Source: a virus
IMG/VR virus record: IMGVR_UViG_3300007735_000793
Span: 33,067 to 97,066 of that record
Strand: one strand, 5' to 3'
Length of the DNA stretch: 64,000 nucleotides
Part shown: in pieces, positions 50,543-59,489 of the stretch
Numbering within the stretch: position 1 is the stretch's first letter
Layout of the letters: each line of letters starts with the position of its first letter
Made by a program: the position numbers and the translations under genes
Notes under the pieces: model-generated
Told to the model about the DNA's origin: nothing
Databases searched by the model: none
What the model saw: the letters and a program-made list of their open reading frames with translations, nothing else

Positions 50543-50583
50543 ATATGTTTCCTTTTTTTACATTATGAATAAATACAATCCGA

Positions 50584-51582
50584 TTAAACTAAAAGTGGTG
50601 AATAACTAAAATAAATCCGTCTAACACTATCACATTTTGAACGAATGATTGCTTCCAAATTAGTTATAAAAGATTGGGGGGTTTCGAAATATACAGGTTT
50701 ACCATCTCTGATAAAGCAAAGTTCACCTGCATCTTCTAAAACATCAATTTTATTAAACACTAAATCAGTTACACCATTCAATCTTATAGCCATTATAAGT
50801 GAATCTAAATCCAACCAATTTACTTGCCTACTTCTACCAGTTGTAGCACCATACTCATTACCCAACTCTCGTATTTTAGAGAATATTTTTTCATCCCCCT
50901 CAAATTGCTTTGCACCCACATATGTTCTATACCCTTTTGCAATACCATACACATTTCGTATTTTTTGAGGAGGAACACCATTTAGAATAGCAGAACCCAC
51001 CATACAATGAGATGAAGTTACATATGGGTAATCACCCCAATCAATATCCAACTCAAAACCTTGAGCACCTTCAAATAAGATTTTTACGGGGGTATCGCTG
51101 TGAAACTCCTTATAAATATCAATAGTGTTTTTTACATCTATATCACCAACTCTCTTACCCAATCTTCCATACTTATCCCTATACGCCGGTCCATTACCCG
51201 TTTTAGTAGTTCCAATTTTAGTATCTTTGGAATCTTCCAATAAATGTTCCGGCTGTATTACATGAACCCGTTTATCTATAAAAAGATAATCGGAAACATT
51301 GATACCCCTATCTTCCAATCCCTTCCACTCACTATATAAATCTACTAAGTTTACAACACACCCCGGCCCTATGATAGATTTAATACCATAGAAAACTCCA
51401 ACGGGTATATAATGGGTTACAAACTTTTCACCATCGTGGTAAACGGTGTGGCCGGCATTCCCACCACCATTGTAACGAACCACATGAGTGTATTCTTTAC
51501 CTTTGGATAGGAAATGCGCAACCTTACCTTTACCAGTATCACCGGCTTGTAAATCTACAATAATATCAGCATACTGAATCAT
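50584..51582 (-). CDS. purA: Adenylosuccinate synthetase (short form)
   Basis: GDTGKGK, GGGNAGHT, EGAQG, YPYVTSS, GATTGRSR, NKID. Confidence 0.88.
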   Translation of the reverse strand: MIQYADIIVDLQAGDTGKGKVAHFLSKGKEYTHVVRYNGGGNAGHTVYHDGEKFVTHYIPVGVFYGIKSIIGPGCVVNLVDLYSEWKGLEDRGINVSDYLFIDKRVHVIQPEHLLEDSKDTKIGTTKTGNGPAYRDKYGRLGKRVGDIDVKNTIDIYKEFHSDTPVKILFEGAQGFELDIDWGDYPYVTSSHCMVGSAILNGVPPQKIRNVYGIAKGYRTYVGAKQFEGDEKIFSKIRELGNEYGATTGRSRQVNWLDLDSLIMAIRLNGVTDLVFNKIDVLEDAGELCFIRDGKPVYFETPQSFITNLEAIIRSKCDSVRRIYFSYSPLLV

Positions 51583-51601
51583 ACATAACTTTTTTAAAGA
51601 T

Positions 51602-52133
51602 TATAACCCAAGGGTATGGGTTTTTATTTGGTTACTTAATTTTTAGTGATTTTGGTTTTGATTCTTCGGAAAATGGAATACTGATTTTAAGTAACCCATC
51701 CTTCATACTTGCTTCCGCTGAATTCAAATCATATTTACGAGAAATCTTATACCCCAAATTAAAAGAGCGTTTTGCAATGCCTTTGTGAATATAAGTTATT
51801 TCATCATTTTTGGTTTCATCTTTTTTACTATAAGAAACCCTTAACAAATCGCCTTCGATATTAATATCAATATCTTCTTTGGTTAGCCCTGTTCCGGCAA
51901 TTTCAAAACATAACCCCTCTTTAGTTTCATAAATATCTACGGGGTGGCCGATTTTTACATCCATCGCTGGTGCGAAAAATGAATCGTTTGTGAAAAAGTT
52001 TTTCACCAAAATATCAAATGGTGAATATGGTAATTCTCTAATTTGTGTCATAATAGTCCTTAAATCTATTTTAATTGTTAAACATAATTTTAATTTTGAC
52101 CCCATAAGGTGGTCGCCATACCCTTGAGTTATA
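51602..52133. repeat. 18-bp inverted repeat flanking hsp20 (arms 51602-51619 and 52116-52133)
   Basis: tataacccaagggtatgg versus ccatacccttgagttata, 17/18 complementary. Confidence 0.85.
51632..52051 (-). CDS. Hsp20 small heat-shock protein
   Basis: PVDIYE, HKGIAKRSF, MKDGLLKI; start moved to MTQIR. Confidence 0.9.
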   Translation of the reverse strand: MTQIRELPYSPFDILVKNFFTNDSFFAPAMDVKIGHPVDIYETKEGLCFEIAGTGLTKEDIDINIEGDLLRVSYSKKDETKNDEITYIHKGIAKRSFNLGYKISRKYDLNSAEASMKDGLLKISIPFSEESKPKSLKIK

Positions 52134-52162
52134 TTTCTATTCCATCAAATATCATACCAATT

Positions 52163-52555
52163 TTAATTATATGATAATGGTGGTATTTTTCCTATAATAT
52201 CGTAAGTTACCAATAGTGATGTTTTAATGGGTGTGCTGCTTACTGTTTCATGATTTTTAGATAGAATTAACCCATTCATAGATAAACGGGTTATAAACAT
52301 ATTAACCGATAACTTATCTCTGTTTAAATTATTCATATTTAATTCAAATACAACATTATTTCCTGATCCAATTTCATCAGTATCATCCATATCATCATTA
52401 TCAATGAATTCACTCTCATCAACAACATCATCCTCATCATCGCCTAATTTTTGGAAAAAACCTGAATACATATCAGTTATGTATACCAACTTATCTTTAT
52501 CGGATAACGATTTATAAAAGTCATAATCCTGCTCATGCCATAGTATATCATCCAT
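52163..52555 (-). CDS. Acidic hypothetical protein
   Basis: ORF. Confidence 0.55.
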   Translation of the reverse strand: MDDILWHEQDYDFYKSLSDKDKLVYITDMYSGFFQKLGDDEDDVVDESEFIDNDDMDDTDEIGSGNNVVFELNMNNLNRDKLSVNMFITRLSMNGLILSKNHETVSSTPIKTSLLVTYDIIGKIPPLSYN

Positions 52556-52567
52556 ACTAATAAATAT

Positions 52568-53026
52568 TTATTTTTTTTTATATTGTTTGTTTAACCACTC
52601 CAAAATTTGTTTTGATACTGCGGTATTATTACGGGATAAATATTCTTCTATAATGTCGGCAACCTCACTTAACACATCATTTTTTGTGTGATATGAATGG
52701 TGCTGTATAAGATGTAATTTACTCTTCATTTGAGTTTTATACCCATCATCAACCTTGATATCAGTTGCCAAATACCTATTCAGTATTGTGTGTTTAATTA
52801 GTGTATAATAAGGTTCTTTTTTTATTTTAATAATATCAGAACAATTATCTATATATTCTTCAAAACTATCTACGATTACCCCATCAACTATTCCTTTGGC
52901 AGCTGCTGCATCATTCCACACACTATCATCATTTTCAAAGTTTTTGGCAGGTGTATCTGATTTAGTTGATACCCATTCCGAATCAAATATAAGTTTTTTA
53001 AAATCATTTAATTCGGATGGGTTCAT
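52568..53026 (-). CDS. Hypothetical protein
   Basis: ORF. Confidence 0.55.
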   Translation of the reverse strand: MNPSELNDFKKLIFDSEWVSTKSDTPAKNFENDDSVWNDAAAAKGIVDGVIVDSFEEYIDNCSDIIKIKKEPYYTLIKHTILNRYLATDIKVDDGYKTQMKSKLHLIQHHSYHTKNDVLSEVADIIEEYLSRNNTAVSKQILEWLNKQYKKK

Positions 53027-53035
53027 ATAATAGTG

Positions 53036-53338
53036 TTAAAAAATGTTTAATCGGTTTTTTCTATCCACAGTTAATAATGCATCCTGTAAAGTTTCTATTA
53101 TCCTTTCAATTTCAGATTTAGTTACAGTTGTTTCAACATTACCAATTTTCAATACACCAATTTCAGTAAAAGGTTTAAGTGGATAATCAGCCGGTTTTAG
53201 GTCTGGATTAAATTGTAAGTCTATGCTTGAATAATTTTTCCCATTATACTTCTGAGCTTTAGCCTCATTTTTAGGTGTAACTCCAAAAGCATTATTTACA
53301 TAGCTTTTCAAAACCGCGTTTTTGTATTTGTTGCTCAT
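53036..53338 (-). CDS. Hypothetical protein
   Basis: ORF, start moved to MSNKY. Confidence 0.55.
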   Translation of the reverse strand: MSNKYKNAVLKSYVNNAFGVTPKNEAKAQKYNGKNYSSIDLQFNPDLKPADYPLKPFTEIGVLKIGNVETTVTKSEIERIIETLQDALLTVDRKNRLNIF

Positions 53339-53393
53339 AACTTTAAGTTTAATTGTTATACAGCAATAAATATACAAAAATATTTATTAAACT

Positions 53394-53702
53394 TTATTTT
53401 AGTTTTCTATTTCGTTTTGAAACTCTATTAAATCTACTTTCATCAAAATCCATGAAAGCTTTGTCTGGGTGAGTTCTATTTATGTTTTGTTCGGTTTTTA
53501 AGGTTTCTACCGCCCACACCCAAGCATCCATTTCGGATGCCTGAGGGGGGATAAAAAACTCTTCACCAATAAAACCATCTATCCCATTGTAGATACTATA
53601 CCTACCATCGCTTACATACAACTTTGCTTTGGGATATAACTTCAATACCTTATTCCGTAATCTCTGAAGTTTCTTCTGTGGGAGTTGGGTTGTGTCTTTC
53701 AT
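53394..53702 (-). CDS. Hypothetical protein
   Basis: ORF. Confidence 0.55.
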   Translation of the reverse strand: MKDTTQLPQKKLQRLRNKVLKLYPKAKLYVSDGRYSIYNGIDGFIGEEFFIPPQASEMDAWVWAVETLKTEQNINRTHPDKAFMDFDESRFNRVSKRNRKLK

Positions 53703-53904
53703 TAAACATTTGAGTTAATTTCTTATTTATTAAAAAGCCATTAGCTATTTCTTTATTTAAAGAGCAATTTTCAATTAATCTACCATCTTCCAATTTTACA
53801 TCGTAAGCGTTACTGTTTCTTATTTTTGTTTTAGAAATAACCTTACCCACTGCCCAACTGGAATATACTCTGAGAACTATTAAATCTCCGATATTATATA
53901 CCAT
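53650..53904 (-). CDS. Small SH3/KOW-like hypothetical protein
   Basis: YNIGDLIV...GKVI...YDVKLEDG. Confidence 0.5.
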   Translation of the reverse strand: MVYNIGDLIVLRVYSSWAVGKVISKTKIRNSNAYDVKLEDGRLIENCSLNKEIANGFLINKKLTQMFNERHNPTPTEETSEITE

Positions 53905-53905
53905 A

Positions 53906-54109
53906 CTAGTTTCCGATTACATTTAAGATTTTAGTTTGAGTTACCGAACACACCTCAAACTCTAATGGGGAACTTTGCAAGAAAGCTGTTATATGCGCTT
54001 CTGCGTCTGTAACTGATACGGCCTTTACCAAATATTGTTCGGTATTCTTTTTGATTTTACCATTACCATTATCAGTTTCTATTTGAACTTTTACTAAATA
54101 ATACATCAT
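53906..54109 (-). CDS. DUF4494-like protein
   Basis: KK.TEQYLV.AVSVTDAEA. Confidence 0.65.
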   Translation of the reverse strand: MMYYLVKVQIETDNGNGKIKKNTEQYLVKAVSVTDAEAHITAFLQSSPLEFEVCSVTQTKILNVIGN

Positions 54110-54178
54110 AATTTTTTTGTTTTAATACGAATGAAAGTTTATAAATTTTAATATTGTTTACTATTGTTGTGGAATAAC

Positions 54179-54451
54179 TTATTCTAATGCCAGTTTGTTT
54201 TTCACAATCTCACATGCTTTATTAAAGTTTTCCTTTCCCATCTTACCCAACTCTGTGTGATGTTCTCCAGATACTTTACCACCATCAATTGCTGCGCTGG
54301 TGTAAGCATACCTTTTTAATTTGTAGCCAGATAGTGGGGCAGAGAATTGCTCCATATACTTTGATTTACTATCCAAATATTCGAATAGTTGATAATCGTT
54401 TAGCTTTTCTATCTCCTCATTAGATAGAGGATTATTAGGGTCATACATCAT
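54179..54451 (-). CDS. Hypothetical protein
   Basis: ORF directly behind a promoter motif. Confidence 0.55.
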   Translation of the reverse strand: MMYDPNNPLSNEEIEKLNDYQLFEYLDSKSKYMEQFSAPLSGYKLKRYAYTSAAIDGGKVSGEHHTELGKMGKENFNKACEIVKNKLALE

Positions 54452-54456
54452 ACTCA

Positions 54457-54487
54457 CAAATATACGAAATTAAATTGATATATCAAA
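54457..54487 (-). promoter_or_regulatory. Bacteroidota-type promoter
   Basis: TTTG-N19-TATATTTG. Confidence 0.6.
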
Positions 54488-54773
54488 ATATTGGTGATAC
54501 ATTTTTCTTATTGTAACCATCAATCTCACAAATTTCAAATCTAAAATCACTACCATTATCCCACACACTTATTTGGAAGCATTCAGCAGTTCCAAATGCT
54601 TGACAAACCCCCCTAAATGCAGGTTTTTCAGGTGATTTTGGTAACGCGGTGTTAATCTTTTTAAATGAACCCCAAGCACGAATTGGTCCTATAACATTAG
54701 ATTCCTTATACCTATTATAGTGATTTTTTTTACAATTTTTTAACTCGGTAAAATTCTTTAATGATCTCGACAT
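54483..54773 (-). CDS. Hypothetical protein
   Basis: ORF. Confidence 0.5.
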   Translation of the reverse strand: MSRSLKNFTELKNCKKNHYNRYKESNVIGPIRAWGSFKKINTALPKSPEKPAFRGVCQAFGTAECFQISVWDNGSDFRFEICEIDGYNKKNVSPIF

Positions 54774-54785
54774 ATTGATTATTTT

Positions 54786-54929
54786 TTATTTGTTTATTAT
54801 ACTAATTTTATTCAATCTCACTTTTCCATGTCTTATTTTTGCGAGAATAGATTTTAGATGAATTAACAACTTGCTGGGTAAGCTTTTTACCAATATGGTA
54901 GGCTGCTTCACCTGAACTCCAATTACCAT
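54786..54929 (-). CDS. Small basic hypothetical protein
   Basis: MVIGVQVKQPTILVK...; start uncertain. Confidence 0.4.
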   Translation of the reverse strand: MVIGVQVKQPTILVKSLPSKLLIHLKSILAKIRHGKVRLNKISIINK

Positions 54930-54989
54930 TAAAGTCCAACACTTTTTTATTTTTACGGAAATTACACATATCAATAAATATTTAATACA

Positions 54990-55021
54990 CAAATATAACG
55001 ATATTATTTGAATTCACCAAA
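54990..55021 (-). promoter_or_regulatory. Bacteroidota-type promoter
   Basis: TTTG-N20-TATATTTG. Confidence 0.6.
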
Positions 55022-55041
55022 TAATCTATATTAAGTTTATA

Positions 55042-55434
55042 TTAACTTTTTTGAGCGTATTTTCGTTTTACTCGTTCTGATATGGGTATTGAGTTACCAT
55101 CCTCATCAATTCTTACAAAGGTGATATAAGTAGATACAATTGTAGTTTGTTTCCCAGTATACACATTATGCGCTCTTGCTTCGATGTATAATTTGATTGA
55201 TGTATTACCAACACTATCTACCTTACCATACACCTTTAATAGTTGCCCTTCCTTTGCGGGTTTTTTAAATAGGCATTCATCTATTTTGATAGTAACCACA
55301 CGCGGAGTATCACAAGCTTGCATAGCAAATGCTGCTGCAGATGAATCTAACCATTTTAGTAAGTTACCACCAAAGAGGTTTCCATGAAACCCTAAATCTG
55401 ATTTTTTGACCGGATATGTATTAATTAACTCCAT
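55042..55434 (-). CDS. Acyl-CoA thioesterase (hot-dog fold, YciA-like)
   Basis: DLGFHGNLFGGNLLKWLD, VGNTS, FVRIDEDG. Confidence 0.85.
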   Translation of the reverse strand: MELINTYPVKKSDLGFHGNLFGGNLLKWLDSSAAAFAMQACDTPRVVTIKIDECLFKKPAKEGQLLKVYGKVDSVGNTSIKLYIEARAHNVYTGKQTTIVSTYITFVRIDEDGNSIPISERVKRKYAQKS

Positions 55435-55624
55435 TTGGTATTTCTTCAAATGGTATTGAAACTATTTCTCTACAAAAATACAATAACCCATCTTTTCTAA
55501 AAGCATGAGAACACTTCCAAAATTTTTTTACACCATCAACATCCAACACTCCCTCTTCCCGTATAACCCTATAAATCTGAAAAATGGAATCTTGTGTATG
55601 TATTAACTGTCCTAACTGACTCAT
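55421..55624 (-). CDS. Hypothetical protein
   Basis: Start moved to MSQLG; upstream part of tracked ORF is a tRNA. Confidence 0.55.
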   Translation of the reverse strand: MSQLGQLIHTQDSIFQIYRVIREEGVLDVDGVKKFWKCSHAFRKDGLLYFCREIVSIPFEEIPNGVN

Positions 55625-55638
55625 AAGTTGATTTGTTG

Positions 55639-55709
55639 AGCGGGTAGATGGAATCGAACCACCGTCATAGGCTTGGAAAGCGAATGTAATACCATTATAC
55701 GATACCCGC
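55639..55709 (-). tRNA. tRNA-Gly(TCC), two mismatches in anticodon stem
   Basis: GCGGGTA/TACCCGC acceptor, GTTCGATT. Confidence 0.75.
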
Positions 55710-55742
55710 AAGATTGCCTCCTTTTTAGGGGAGGGCTTTTAA

Positions 55743-55913
55743 TTACTCACCAATAGTATCATTGGTAGGCGCAGGTGGAATACTATCATTAACCACTTCA
55801 GTTGAATCGGTGGTTGTAGTTTCTACCTCTTCAGTTGCAGGTGCTTCACTATTAGTGCATGCGCTAACTGAAACGAATGTGATGGCGAGCATCAAAAGAA
55901 AAATGTTTTTCAT
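55743..55913 (-). CDS. Small lipoprotein (56 aa)
   Basis: MKNIFLLMLAITFVSVSA-C lipobox, acidic Thr/Pro tail; below ORF-track cutoff. Confidence 0.75.
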   Translation of the reverse strand: MKNIFLLMLAITFVSVSACTNSEAPATEEVETTTTDSTEVVNDSIPPAPTNDTIGE

Positions 55914-55990
55914 AATCAATTTGTTTTTAAATTTTATACAATATACGAAACTTTTTTTAATTATCCAAATTATTTCTTAAATAAATACAA

Positions 55991-56374
55991 TTATTTTTTT
56001 GATAAAATTTCGGTGAGCATGTTTATTTCCGTTTTGAACATTTCGGCCTCCATTTTACCTCGCTCTTTCTCAATTGCCCTTTGAACTAAATCAATCAATT
56101 CATTTGATAGAACTGAACTAATATTAAACTCAAAGGTATAGCTATGATTGGAAACCTTTACCAAATTATCTTGCAGCATTAAGGTATATTCCCTATCATC
56201 AGTTTGAACATAGTATTTACCAGATGGTGTCATTAAGTAATGAGTCTTTGGATTTGATATCAATCTAATTAAAACTCGTTTTGTTAAATTCTCCCGTTCG
56301 GTATAAGGTTCATGGCTGTTCAATTTTTGACCAAACCAAACACGCAACTTTCTCAATTTGTATTTTATATTCAT
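55991..56374 (-). CDS. Hypothetical protein
   Basis: ORF. Confidence 0.55.
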   Translation of the reverse strand: MNIKYKLRKLRVWFGQKLNSHEPYTERENLTKRVLIRLISNPKTHYLMTPSGKYYVQTDDREYTLMLQDNLVKVSNHSYTFEFNISSVLSNELIDLVQRAIEKERGKMEAEMFKTEINMLTEILSKK

Positions 56375-56390
56375 TTATTTTTTGTTTTTG

Positions 56391-56464
56391 TACGCCCGAA
56401 GGGATTCGAACCCCTGACCCACAGCTTAGAAGGCTGTTGCTCTATCCAGCTGAGCTACGGGCGC
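56391..56464 (-). tRNA. tRNA-Arg(TCT)
   Basis: Cloverleaf, ACAGC-CTTCTAA-GCTGT. Confidence 0.95.
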
Positions 56465-56478
56465 AATTTTTATACTTA

Positions 56479-57342
56479 TTACACAATTCTAACTAAATAA
56501 TATGACGCATTTAATGGTTCTTCTTCAAAATAACACTTTAAAAACCTACCATATTCTTCGATTGAAAATTTGGCATATGTAGATGTTTTATTTGAGTCCA
56601 ACACCCGTCTGAATTCATCAAATGAATATTTAGAACCACTCAAACTATTTACATTTGCAACTGACAAACTCCCAGTTCTAAAATGTGGGTGGAGGTTAAA
56701 CCTGATTTCATCATTGGTAATATAGTTGTTGGAATTAAACGATGCAGAGTTTATAGTTAAGTATTCTGCTCTATTACCAAATAAATCTTCCCCAATATCA
56801 AAACTTATAGTGGATGATGTAATCCATAATGAAGCAGTTAAAAAGCTATTTACAAAATTATTAGAACCAGTTACCTCAAAATATATATCAGAAAAGTTTA
56901 ATGGATAAGGTTCACCCACGTCACCCTCTTCTGCGGGTAGTAGAGGTAAAAATCCACCTTCCTCTGGCAATCTTTCCACCTGAATCTCTTCGGGTGTTTT
57001 GATTGGTTGTGGTAATGATAAGGATACCAACTCTAAATTTAAAACAGGTGGTATTTCAGAAGCATTATCAGATACTATTAAATAATTTGCACCATATTGG
57101 GTAATTATCTGCTCTGAAAACGAATTTAAAGTGTTTATTACCTCATTGAGATTGTTTATTACGATAGTCGATGTTGGTAACCCCGTCATAGTTCCCACAA
57201 CTTGACCATACATAACACTACCGGATGTGGTAAACGAAGATGATACTGCCGAATCGCTGTTTATAAATTGAATAGTAACATAATCATTTAACCCATTCAA
57301 ATAAACTCGTTTTAGTAAAGATTGTAATTCAGAACGTATCAT
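56479..57342 (-). CDS. Hypothetical protein, possibly divergent sliding-clamp-like
   Basis: YLNGL start and F..VL.SNK...F.....SYYLV end resemble phage gp45-like clamps. Confidence 0.4.
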   Translation of the reverse strand: MIRSELQSLLKRVYLNGLNDYVTIQFINSDSAVSSSFTTSGSVMYGQVVGTMTGLPTSTIVINNLNEVINTLNSFSEQIITQYGANYLIVSDNASEIPPVLNLELVSLSLPQPIKTPEEIQVERLPEEGGFLPLLPAEEGDVGEPYPLNFSDIYFEVTGSNNFVNSFLTASLWITSSTISFDIGEDLFGNRAEYLTINSASFNSNNYITNDEIRFNLHPHFRTGSLSVANVNSLSGSKYSFDEFRRVLDSNKTSTYAKFSIEEYGRFLKCYFEEEPLNASYYLVRIV

Positions 57343-58007
57343 TTATTACCCTTTGATAAAACAAATATACCTATCCCATTCCACCAATTTTTGTAAGCCT
57401 CATCGCGGGGGGTATGCGTATTATCATCAGTAAACCTCATTTCGTTACTGTATAAAATATTTAACCCCAAATCTTGTATTGCCATATGTGTTCCTTCTCT
57501 TACATCTTCCCAATTCCAATCATCTACTATATAAATAAACTCATTATCTAAATTGTTTATATAATATGTCAATGCGTAATATTGGGATGATATACTATGA
57601 TCTCCATCATACATATAAATATTAAAATCAGTTGGTAAGGTTGATGTGTTTATTAAAAAGCTATCATCATCATAAACTACTACTCTATTAGAACCAACAA
57701 ACTTATCAAAGTTTTCTTTGAATTCCACCCTACCACCAAATTCAGACCAATTATCAATAACAACAACATCTGCAGTATTTTCATACATAGCCGCAAATGT
57801 TGAAGCACCTTGCCAACATCCTATTTCCAAATATTTAACACCTTCAACCGATAATAGGTTATTATAAAAGTGCTGCGTTTTTTCACCAATTAATCCGTTA
57901 ATAGTGTTGTTACTTACTAATGGAGATTCATTAGAGTTATTTAACTTTGATTGACGCAATTCTGCTAACTCAATACATTTTTCAGTATGTTCTATTAAGT
58001 TTATCAT
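57339..58007 (-). CDS. Class I SAM-dependent methyltransferase (Methyltransf_24-like)
   Basis: YLEIGCWQGAS, YDGDH, IVDDW. Confidence 0.85.
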   Translation of the reverse strand: MINLIEHTEKCIELAELRQSKLNNSNESPLVSNNTINGLIGEKTQHFYNNLLSVEGVKYLEIGCWQGASTFAAMYENTADVVVIDNWSEFGGRVEFKENFDKFVGSNRVVVYDDDSFLINTSTLPTDFNIYMYDGDHSISSQYYALTYYINNLDNEFIYIVDDWNWEDVREGTHMAIQDLGLNILYSNEMRFTDDNTHTPRDEAYKNWWNGIGIFVLSKGNK

Positions 58008-58032
58008 ATGCGTTTTATATATCTATCAATTG

Positions 58033-58117
58033 TACCTCGAACCGGACTCGAACCGGTACAGCCTCATCGGCTACAGGATTTTAAGTCCTGCGTGGCTACC
58101 TATTTCACCATCGAGGC
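58033..58117 (-). tRNA. tRNA-Leu(TAA)
   Basis: CAGGA-CTTAAAA-TCCTG, long variable arm. Confidence 0.95.
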
Positions 58118-58125
58118 AATTTTAA

Positions 58126-58293
58126 TTATTCTTCAACCAATTCAACTGAAAACAATTTATTGAATTCACTAACCCCCATTTGTTTTTGGGAAGCAAATAA
58201 CTCAATGGCATCTTCTAATGAGTGGGCAAGTTCCTTATTGATGGGTTCTTTTTTGGAATCGCTTTTGCTATAAAAATAATATTGTTTCATCAT
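58126..58293 (-). CDS. Hypothetical protein
   Basis: ORF. Confidence 0.55.
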   Translation of the reverse strand: MMKQYYFYSKSDSKKEPINKELAHSLEDAIELFASQKQMGVSEFNKLFSVELVEE

Positions 58294-58319
58294 AATACCT
58301 CTAATATACAAAAAAAATT

Positions 58320-58769
58320 TTAAACATCCAAATTGTGATAATTTATTTTTATTCCCGCCTCATTAAGCATCTGAATACTACGAACCGCCGATTCTGCCCA
58401 CTTTTCTCTGCCACCACCCCCATCATCCTTAACCCATATTTCTTCAACACCGGCATTTATAATTGCTCTCGCACAATCTGCACATGGCATACCACAAGTC
58501 ATATACATTTTTGAACCTTTGGTTGATACTCCAATTCTCGCCGCATTATAGATTGAGTTTCTTTCAGCATGTTCAAACCAATAGTATTTTTCAGGTCTTT
58601 CCTGCCTTTCATCAACCATGTCATCAATCCCTCTGGGAAATGAATTATAACCCGTAGAAACAATCTCATTATCCTTACCAACTAACACTACTCCTATTTG
58701 AGTGTATTTATCTTTGGATTTTAGTTTTACTTGTGAAGCAATACCTAAAAAATATTCAGTCCAATTCAT
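58320..58769 (-). CDS. dCMP deaminase
   Basis: TGYN, HAERN, PCADC. Confidence 0.9.
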   Translation of the reverse strand: MNWTEYFLGIASQVKLKSKDKYTQIGVVLVGKDNEIVSTGYNSFPRGIDDMVDERQERPEKYYWFEHAERNSIYNAARIGVSTKGSKMYMTCGMPCADCARAIINAGVEEIWVKDDGGGGREKWAESAVRSIQMLNEAGIKINYHNLDV

Positions 58770-58771
58770 TA

Positions 58772-59050
58772 CTATAATTTTCTATAAGCAAGTTTATATT
58801 CCCCACCATCTTCCGTTTTAAAATGAATGAACCCTTTGCGAGATTCTATAATTTCACTTATTTTAGGTGTCATATAGGTATAAAATGGCCCCATCAACTC
58901 TGAATACTCAAAGTTAAGTATAAGTGAGTTACCAACTTGTGGTCCATTTGAATCCCAATCACTTAGTCTATGATGTTTATCAATTTTTGTCCATCGGTAA
59001 TTTTCCGCGTTCCAACTTTTATTTTCGTTTATTTTTTCTAATGTATACAT
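58772..59050 (-). CDS. Hypothetical protein
   Basis: ORF. Confidence 0.55.
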   Translation of the reverse strand: MYTLEKINENKSWNAENYRWTKIDKHHRLSDWDSNGPQVGNSLILNFEYSELMGPFYTYMTPKISEIIESRKGFIHFKTEDGGEYKLAYRKL

Positions 59051-59054
59051 ATTT

Positions 59055-59480
59055 TTAATTTAGTTTAATTCCCGCAACTCTTTTAACATGTCTGCCTCCT
59101 TCAAACTCGGTTTCTATAAAAGTAGATACCATATCTATTGCATCTTCTACGGAAATAAACCTTGCGGGTAAACAAAGAACATTTGCGTTATTGTGCGCTC
59201 TTGATAATCTTACGATATCCACATCCCAACAAAGAGCTGCCCTAACATCAGGCCACTTATTTGCTGCCATACACATACCATTGCCACTACCACATATAAG
59301 TATACCAAAGCCTGATTTTAGATTTGAGCATAACTGATGTGCGTAATCGGAGTAATCAACGGACTCGGGAGTGTTTGTTCCCAAGTCCGTTACTACTATA
59401 CCATCCCACTTTTTTAAAAACTGAACAATGAGTGTTTTTAATTCCCACCCAGCGTGGTCTGATGCGATGTATACATTCAT
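59055..59480 (-). CDS. rpiB: Ribose-5-phosphate isomerase B
   Basis: ASDHAG, CGSGNG, HNNANVL, FEGGRH. Confidence 0.93.
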   Translation of the reverse strand: MNVYIASDHAGWELKTLIVQFLKKWDGIVVTDLGTNTPESVDYSDYAHQLCSNLKSGFGILICGSGNGMCMAANKWPDVRAALCWDVDIVRLSRAHNNANVLCLPARFISVEDAIDMVSTFIETEFEGGRHVKRVAGIKLN

Positions 59481-59489
59481 ATCAATATA

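Noticed and set aside
50584-51582. PurZ / Z-genome pathway (with the HD hydrolase as DatZ)
   Set aside because: Catalytic Asp retained (GDTGKG, not GSTGKG); YPYVTSS and GTP-type NKID motifs match PurA
51602-52133. Insertion sequence or invertible segment bounded by the inverted repeat
   Set aside because: No transposase or recombinase nearby, no target duplication seen; mismatch is a G-U wobble consistent with RNA pairing
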